Assembly: GCA_043824495.1 (NCBI GenBank)
Contig: JBDRSV010000018.1
Span: forward strand, 1-21,271
Direction of reading: 5' to 3'
Length of the DNA: 21,271 bases
Origin: Candidatus Aenigmatarchaeota archaeon
GTDB taxonomy: Archaea; Aenigmatarchaeota; Aenigmatarchaeia; QMZP01
The translations under genes were made by a program, and so were the position numbers. Positions 16,136-21,271 of the stretch are shown here, one piece after another. Below the pieces are notes generated by a model, which saw only the letters and a list, made by a program, of their open reading frames with translations, did not search any database and had not been told where the DNA came from. Position 1 is the stretch's first letter. Each line of letters opens with the position of its first letter.

Positions 16136-16138
16136 AAT

Positions 16139-16402
16139 ATGGCAATTATAAGAATAGAAGTTTTCGGTCCCAGTCCTCCTTGTACCAGGTGCAAGATGCT
16201 GAAAAATATAGCAGAAAATGTTGCAAAAAAACTGAAAACTGAAGGTATTGAAGTGAAAGTATTCCATTCAAACATAACATCACAGGAAACCATAAAAAAA
16301 TACGGTATTCTGGTTTCACCCGCTCTTGCAATAAATGGTATCGTGAGATTTATGGGAAGGCTGCCAACAGAAAGTGAGATAGAGAAAGAAATAAAAAAAT
16401 AA
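16139..16402 (+). CDS. Small thioredoxin-family redox-active disulfide protein (MTH895-like)
   Basis: IEVFGPSPPCTRC, YGILVSPALAING..RFMGRLP. ATG 16139 preferred because 16118 lies inside the operator. Confidence 0.85.
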   Translation: MAIIRIEVFGPSPPCTRCKMLKNIAENVAKKLKTEGIEVKVFHSNITSQETIKKYGILVSPALAINGIVRFMGRLPTESEIEKEIKK

Positions 16403-16416
16403 GATAAGGTGTTATT

Positions 16417-17451
16417 GTGAATGAAAATACACGAATAATAAGAAAGGTTATTTTAATCCTTTTCATAGTTGCTGTTTTTTCATTACTTATTTACAGTAGA
16501 ATAGAGGCTTATTCCTTGGTTCCAACTCTGCAGCAATCTGATTTGTCAAAATATATGTGGTTCGAAATACCGATTTACTACCTATGGGACTACGTTAGCC
16601 ACGCTTGGATATGCCTTCTTTTCGCTTTTGTTGTAGCCGGATTGTTTTATGAATTTGTGCCCAAAACATTTTTCACAAAATACATGAGCAGCAAGAAAGC
16701 ATCAGGCTATCTTATAGGAATAATAATGGCACCTTTCTTTACTGCATGTTCATGTACCATGGTGCCTATTTTTGCAGGACTGGTATACGGCGGAGCAGGC
16801 ATAGGACCTGCAATATCGTTCCTTTTGATGGCACCTGCAGCTAACATACTAACAATAATAGTTACTGGAGAATTGATTGGGTGGGAAATAGCTCTTATAA
16901 GAATAATAGTCTCTGCCATTACTGCTATCATTGCAGGTGTTTTCATAGCCAAAACGCCCTGGGGAAAATCCATAGAAAAGCGGTTTAAGTTAAAGGAATC
17001 CAGAAAATCTGACAATATCCAGATATCCAATCCCCCTTTAGATGATCGTTTATGGTCGTCCATTACATTTGGCGGCTTTCTGGCAAAAAAGATAATTCCG
17101 TATTTTGTAGTCGGCTTAGTGGCAGTAAGTTATGTGGAGGCTTATCTTCCGCAAGATCTTGTTACAACCTATTTAACTGGAATTTTGGGCATTATTTTAG
17201 CATCGCTTATAGGAGGTCCTTTATATACACCAACACTCGTGGAGATAGCACTTGGAAAAACTTTGCTAACTCTGGGAATGTCCAAAGCAGCCTTGCTTTC
17301 CTGGCTCATGGGGCAGCCTTATGATATACCAAACATGGTAGCAGTTTCAAGGATCGTCAAATGGAAGGTTGTCATAAACTATGCTTTAATAGCACTTGCC
17401 TTCAGTATAATATTTGGTTTGGTTTATGGAATTTTAATTGGTGTGATATAG
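16417..17451 (+). CDS. DUF318/ArsP-type permease
   Basis: PFFTACSCTMVP, FLLMAPAAN, FLAKKIIPY and GGPLYTP motifs; co-oriented with trx, downstream of arsR. Confidence 0.85.
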   Translation: MNENTRIIRKVILILFIVAVFSLLIYSRIEAYSLVPTLQQSDLSKYMWFEIPIYYLWDYVSHAWICLLFAFVVAGLFYEFVPKTFFTKYMSSKKASGYLIGIIMAPFFTACSCTMVPIFAGLVYGGAGIGPAISFLLMAPAANILTIIVTGELIGWEIALIRIIVSAITAIIAGVFIAKTPWGKSIEKRFKLKESRKSDNIQISNPPLDDRLWSSITFGGFLAKKIIPYFVVGLVAVSYVEAYLPQDLVTTYLTGILGIILASLIGGPLYTPTLVEIALGKTLLTLGMSKAALLSWLMGQPYDIPNMVAVSRIVKWKVVINYALIALAFSIIFGLVYGILIGVI

Positions 17452-17454
17452 AAA

Positions 17455-17925
17455 CTAAAAAATAATTGATATCCAGTCGCCCACCATATGCGTTACAATT
17501 ATAACCAATATTGTAATTGCAATGTGTTCAAAAACGACTTTATAAGGATTTGAACCGTCTCTTCGACCTAGGTAAAAACTAAAAATAGATATCAAAAGTA
17601 GTCCCCAAGCAACACTTATTATGATTGCAGTGAAAAGTTCAAATAATAGAACGGGAATTAAAAATGTCATTGCAAAGACAAACTTTGACAAGAAAGTTGA
17701 GAATGTGGATTCCCATACAAATTTTACAGGCTTCTTTGCAGATTCTTCTGACATATGCATGCCCAAAGAGTCAGAAAGCGCATCGGCTACCGCTATAACC
17801 AATATACCGCCTATAATAATGGATTGTGAGTGTGTGCTTGAATGAAGTCCGACTATCAAACCTAATGTTGTAATTATACCGGACGTCAATCCAAAGCTAA
17901 GCCCCTTCATAAAGGATAGTCTCAT
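17455..17925 (-). CDS. VIT1/CCC1-like membrane protein
   Basis: FGLTSGIITTLGLIVG...IAVADALSDSLGMHMSEES. Confidence 0.8.
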   Translation of the reverse strand: MRLSFMKGLSFGLTSGIITTLGLIVGLHSSTHSQSIIIGGILVIAVADALSDSLGMHMSEESAKKPVKFVWESTFSTFLSKFVFAMTFLIPVLLFELFTAIIISVAWGLLLISIFSFYLGRRDGSNPYKVVFEHIAITILVIIVTHMVGDWISIIF

Positions 17926-17964
17926 AAAATAGTATTGTTTTAATCTTAATTATATGTTACACAT

Positions 17965-18082
17965 AATTCAACACCAAATATGACACCGGGAGAGAACGAT
18001 GTGTAGTGTGAGACATTGTTATAACGTCTTAAGCGGACGGACGTTGTGGATATTGAGTAATATGTTATATATCTGAATCAAG
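17965..18082. repeat. Intergenic repeat copy E3
   Basis: AATTCAACAC + GACACCGGGAGAGAACGATGTGTAGTGTGAGACATTG + TATAACGTCTTAA + TATATAT..GAATCAAG; core 31/37 identical to E5. Confidence 0.85.
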
Positions 18083-18674
18083 TACTCTGAATATGCGCTC
18101 CCACAACATTTTTTGTTTCTATATCTGAGATATCAATCACATCATTTCCAAAGATTTTTGTGATGTCATTAATCCTTTCCTTGACAATTTCATTATCTTT
18201 GTTAATCGCCACAATTGTAGGTACATCTGGGAACATTGTTCTAATTTCTTTGAGCACTTGTTCTTGTTTTTTTATTCTATTGAAATCTGAAAAAATACGC
18301 ACAACAAAAATTATAATAGCTGGCTTTTTATCCAATAGTCGTATATTTTCTTTTTTCAGTGTTTCATGTTTGTTTATGGAATAAAAACAGAACACGCGGA
18401 AATTTTTTCCTTCAAAAGAACCATCAGAAATTCTAAATCTGCCTATGAAAGGATACATTTTTGTTTTTACTTTACTTCCAGTCAAATTTTTTATAAGTTC
18501 CCCCTTTCCAGCTCCTGGAGAACCCAATAATAAAACAATTGGTTTCTTTGTTAGAATTCTCCGCTGTAAACGATCTGATATGAATACTTTTATCAAAAAC
18601 ATGATGACTATCGATAATACTAAAAAGAATAAAATCCATATTACCGGAATCGTTTCTGTCTGTAGTATTAACAT
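18078..18674 (-). CDS. Membrane-anchored small-GTPase-like P-loop protein, degenerate
   Basis: N-terminal TM segment; G1 GSPGAGKG, G2-like YPFI, G4-like INKD; no DxxG. Confidence 0.6.
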   Translation of the reverse strand: MLILQTETIPVIWILFFLVLSIVIMFLIKVFISDRLQRRILTKKPIVLLLGSPGAGKGELIKNLTGSKVKTKMYPFIGRFRISDGSFEGKNFRVFCFYSINKHETLKKENIRLLDKKPAIIIFVVRIFSDFNRIKKQEQVLKEIRTMFPDVPTIVAINKDNEIVKERINDITKIFGNDVIDISDIETKNVVGAHIQST

Positions 18675-18683
18675 ACTCTCACT

Positions 18684-19169
18684 CTAATATATGTTCTTCT
18701 TAAACCTCTTAAACGTTCTGTCTGTTAGTAAATATTGTCCTATTAAGGTTATAGCAATACCTAATATAACAGTTATGTCCCTAATAATCTCCAATCCAAT
18801 TAACATTTGGATGTCTAGAGCTGCGGTAAAAATTGCCATTCCTATAATTATAAGGGAAAAATATGATTCAGGGAAACCTCTTAATATGAGGAAAAATAAA
18901 GCAAAAGGTATTACTAATAAGAATGAACTTAAGAATAAAAGTGTTAGGTTATTGTTATCTGGACACTCAAGATCTGTATGAGGACCTAAGAATTGAGCAT
19001 CAAATAGAATAATTTCTCCTTTACATCCCATAACACTTCCCATCATAAAATGTCCAGATTCATGTAATATAATAGTTGTAGACAAAACACAAATGGTAAA
19101 AAGTGTTATATACACGAAAAGCTTAAAATATAATGTCGCTTTTTCATTTTCTATATCTATGGGTTCCAT
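18684..19169 (-). CDS. Integral membrane protein with HExxH motif (M50-like/hypothetical)
   Basis: ILHESGH after TM1; 4-5 TM segments. Confidence 0.55.
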   Translation of the reverse strand: MEPIDIENEKATLYFKLFVYITLFTICVLSTTIILHESGHFMMGSVMGCKGEIILFDAQFLGPHTDLECPDNNNLTLLFLSSFLLVIPFALFFLILRGFPESYFSLIIIGMAIFTAALDIQMLIGLEIIRDITVILGIAITLIGQYLLTDRTFKRFKKNIY

Positions 19170-19293
19170 TATATATTTATATGAATTTTTTGTTATAAAA
19201 ATGCAAATTGGATAGGTTTGTTAGGGAGACGCAACTTCAACTTAAACGCCCTGACCAATATTTTACAACAGGCTCGCATGATACTGATTGATG

Positions 19294-19364
19294 AGTAGGA
19301 CGCCCCGGGCGGGCTACAGATCTCAATTATAACGCCGTGAATCGATTGATTTATATATTGAATC
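19294..19364. repeat. Intergenic repeat copy E4 (divergent)
   Basis: AGTAGGACGC (9/10 to E5) + CCCGGGCGGG..TTATAACGCC..TATATATTGAATC. Confidence 0.55.
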
Positions 19365-19446
19365 TGGGGTTTAAGAGTTGATCACATAAATTTTCACACA
19401 AGAAGCGGTATACTTATACGGATTATTCAGTACATAAGAATTTCTC

Positions 19447-20337
19447 TCATAATAGAATAATTATTACGCCCAATATCATTACAATAAACAAAATTATTTT
19501 TCTAATTATGCTTCTCTTAGTTATATTTTCTTTGAATACCTTTGGAAAGAATCGTCCTAATATTAGCGCATAAAGCAAAACTATGACTGGTTGGAAAGAA
19601 CTAATTGCACTTACAAGTGTTACTGATGTTAAAGATATTGCAAATGTAAATGCGGCTGATCCACTAAACGTCAAAAACTCTTCAAAAGCGAACAGGCGAA
19701 AATTTTCTTTGAATGTTTTGATTTGTGACTTTATTCCATGTCTAGTTTTGGTCATGAAAACTAATGGCAATATAAAAAGGAATGAAAATAAAGTCGCCCA
19801 AGTAAAGCCAGTTCCCCAGCTCACAATTGTAAAAACATATTTGTAGATAACAACCTCAAAGGCAATAATTATTGTACATAAAATCATCCAGAAGAAAGAA
19901 GAATTTAGTTTAAATTTTTGCTTTCCTTTAAGCGTTAGAAGCGTTGCACTAAGAATAATTATAAAAAATCCAATATATTGTATTGTATTTAAAATCTCAC
20001 CAATTAAAAGAAAAGCGAACACTGGGACAAATATTTTTCCAAGCGAAAAAAGAGAAACAACAACAGATGTATCATCATTCTGTAGAGCTTTATAATATGG
20101 ATATAAGTACCCAATACCTGTAAATCCTAAAATGATGAAAAATGGAATTTGCTGGATCGTGATTAGGGACGGAAAGTCTAGGAGAAGTATTAGTGGTAAA
20201 AATAAAACATTTGTGAAAGAAGCAAAGAAGATGAGAGTTGTCGTTCTCTTAAAAAGATTGTTGGTGAAATGATTATCAATAACATTTGCCAAGCCATGTA
20301 AAATGGGTCCCAATAAAGCAAATATTAACCAGTGCAT
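19447..20337 (-). CDS. DMT/EamA-family transporter
   Basis: MHWLIFALLGP...NVIDN, YKAL..DDTSVV..LF, GE.L...QY.G. ATG 20337 preferred over 20397. Confidence 0.85.
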   Translation of the reverse strand: MHWLIFALLGPILHGLANVIDNHFTNNLFKRTTTLIFFASFTNVLFLPLILLLDFPSLITIQQIPFFIILGFTGIGYLYPYYKALQNDDTSVVVSLFSLGKIFVPVFAFLLIGEILNTIQYIGFFIIILSATLLTLKGKQKFKLNSSFFWMILCTIIIAFEVVIYKYVFTIVSWGTGFTWATLFSFLFILPLVFMTKTRHGIKSQIKTFKENFRLFAFEEFLTFSGSAAFTFAISLTSVTLVSAISSFQPVIVLLYALILGRFFPKVFKENITKRSIIRKIILFIVMILGVIIILL

Positions 20338-20436
20338 ACTAGTTAGTAAGTTGAATGTGCTTAAAAATAACTGATTAAGAGTAAAACTCTTCATCAATTT
20401 CAGTATATTTAACGGATTGTTTAGTACATAACTATA

Positions 20437-20613
20437 TTAACCAGTTTTATGTTCCCAAATAAAAGTTCCTGTACCTGAAAGTATAAACCCTGCAAAAAGA
20501 CCAATAATAAAACCTACTTGAGAATTATTAAAAACCCAAGAGGCTAATATCCAAATAATTATAAATACAATAAAGAAAATTATTACTTTTCCTATAGCTT
20601 CTTGTCCTTTCAT
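20437..20613 (-). CDS. Small two-TM hypothetical protein, 58 aa (absent from the ORF track)
   Basis: Hand translation: MKGQEAIGKVIIFFIVFIIIWILASWVFNNSQVGFIIGLFAGFILSGTGTFIWEHKTG*; fills the gap between EamA and E5. Confidence 0.65.
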   Translation of the reverse strand: MKGQEAIGKVIIFFIVFIIIWILASWVFNNSQVGFIIGLFAGFILSGTGTFIWEHKTG

Positions 20614-20663
20614 AAATTGCCATTGGACCCTGGATTTATATCATTTACCCCTATTCAGAGAGG

Positions 20664-20802
20664 AATTCAACACTTAAGCCTCAGAAGACATTCATATGAT
20701 TCCATATTACCGATTAAGAAGCAGGACGCTGGGAGAGAACCATGTGCAGTGTGAAACATCGCCCTGTAGACGTCTTAAAGACATATATATTAGAAGATCA
20801 AG
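20664..20802. repeat. Intergenic repeat copy E5
   Basis: AATTCAACAC + AGCAG + GACGCTGGGAGAGAACCATGTGCAGTGTGAAACATCG + ACGTCTTAA + TATATAT..GAAGATCAAG. Confidence 0.85.
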
Positions 20803-20877
20803 CATCAGAATGAAATGAAGAGTGCAGAAGGCATTGTGAACCGTTAAATATTCATAGTTTAATAATAATCTTATTGT

Positions 20878-21271
20878 ATGGACGTTAAAGAATCAATTCG
20901 TCAAAGAAAAAGCATACGTAAATATCAAGATAAGAAAATTCCTGAAGAAATTATCAAAGATCTTTTAGATGCTGCACGAAGAGCTCCTTCAGCAAAGAAT
21001 ACACAATCTCATAAATATTTTGTTGTTAAAGATGAAGAGACTATGCATAAATTAAAGGAACATAATGCATTCAAACAACCTTTTGTATATGATGCTCCTT
21101 TAATTATTATTTGTTGTGCAGATCCAAGCCAATATCCTGAAAGTGTGGATGTTGATGATTCTCCTGAAAATTATGCTTTGATAGATCTTTCAATTGCTTC
21201 TTCTTTTTTAACCTTAAGAGCTACCGAATTAGGTCTTGGTACAGTATTCGTAGCATGGATATACCGTGACA
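20878..21271 (+). CDS. Nitroreductase-family flavoprotein (3' truncated by window edge)
   Basis: Hand translation: MDVKESIRQRKSIRKYQDKKIPEEIIKDLLDAARRAPSAKNTQ...APLII..D.SIA...L.A.ELGLGT. Confidence 0.92.
   Translation, partial: MDVKESIRQRKSIRKYQDKKIPEEIIKDLLDAARRAPSAKNTQSHKYFVVKDEETMHKLKEHNAFKQPFVYDAPLIIICCADPSQYPESVDVDDSPENYALIDLSIASSFLTLRATELGLGTVFVAWIYRD

Noticed and set aside
19290-19315. Group II intron 3' end or tRNA-Asp 3' fragment (CCCGCCCGGGGCGTCCTACTCAT on the minus strand)
   Set aside because: There is no domain V and no T-loop or 5' tRNA half nearby; the sequence matches the E5 repeat flank instead.
15785-19384. Classical integron attC sites (CTTAA-N7-GTTAT at E2 on the minus strand; AAC...GTT pairs at E3 and E4)
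   Set aside because: Only half-sites or poorly paired L boxes could be built, the conserved part of the repeat lies outside the putative R''-R' interval, genes are not uniformly oriented, and no integrase is in the window. Kept only as a loose analogy.
850-19846. Antisense/shadow ORFs in the track (e.g. 850..1107, 2180..2365, 3911..4192, 4360..4569, 6746..7186, 8293..8475, 8491..8694, 9190..9396, 9869..10069, 10607..10810, 11120..11371, 11493..11711, 12005..12259, 13417..13605, 16111..16293, 16146..16331, 16707..17063, 17052..17324, 17621..17845, 18160..18384, 18445..18687, 18691..18981, 19583..19846)
   Set aside because: They overlap well-supported genes on the opposite strand or in another frame and show no recognisable motifs.
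1-21271. CRISPR array, IS/transposase, integrase, rRNA
   Set aside because: No regularly spaced identical repeats and no such ORFs or RNA signatures were seen.

Overview
This is an AT-rich archaeal chromosome segment. The archaeal call rests on rpoK/Rpo6, an HTH-CBS regulator, GGTGA/GGAGG Shine-Dalgarno sites and a BHB-type intron-containing tRNA; a DPANN-like origin is an inference only. From left to right it contains the 3' end of a short, bacterial-type MetRS, an HTH-CBS regulator, a metzincin-like protein, a DUF559-like protein and a tRNA-Lys(UUU) split by three non-canonical introns (30/31, 38/39, 53/54). Next comes an operon-like trio: a thioredoxin reductase with a degenerate NAD(P)H site, translationally coupled to a one-cluster small subunit and an intact large subunit of a group-3b-like [NiFe]-hydrogenase. 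A convergent partial maturation cluster follows (protease, two HypC-like proteins), then a DASS transporter and a membrane thiol-disulfide/quinone cluster (VKOR, Trx lipoprotein, circularly permuted CcdA-like protein, DoxX, MenA). After rpoK, which is preceded by two unannotated mirror-charged 12-aa micro-ORFs, come apt and an accessory stretch (NUDIX, arsR-trx-permease, VIT1, degenerate GTPase, EamA, nitroreductase). That stretch is punctuated by five copies of an unexplained intergenic repeat family. Family calls come from motif recognition by eye; no database searches were run.
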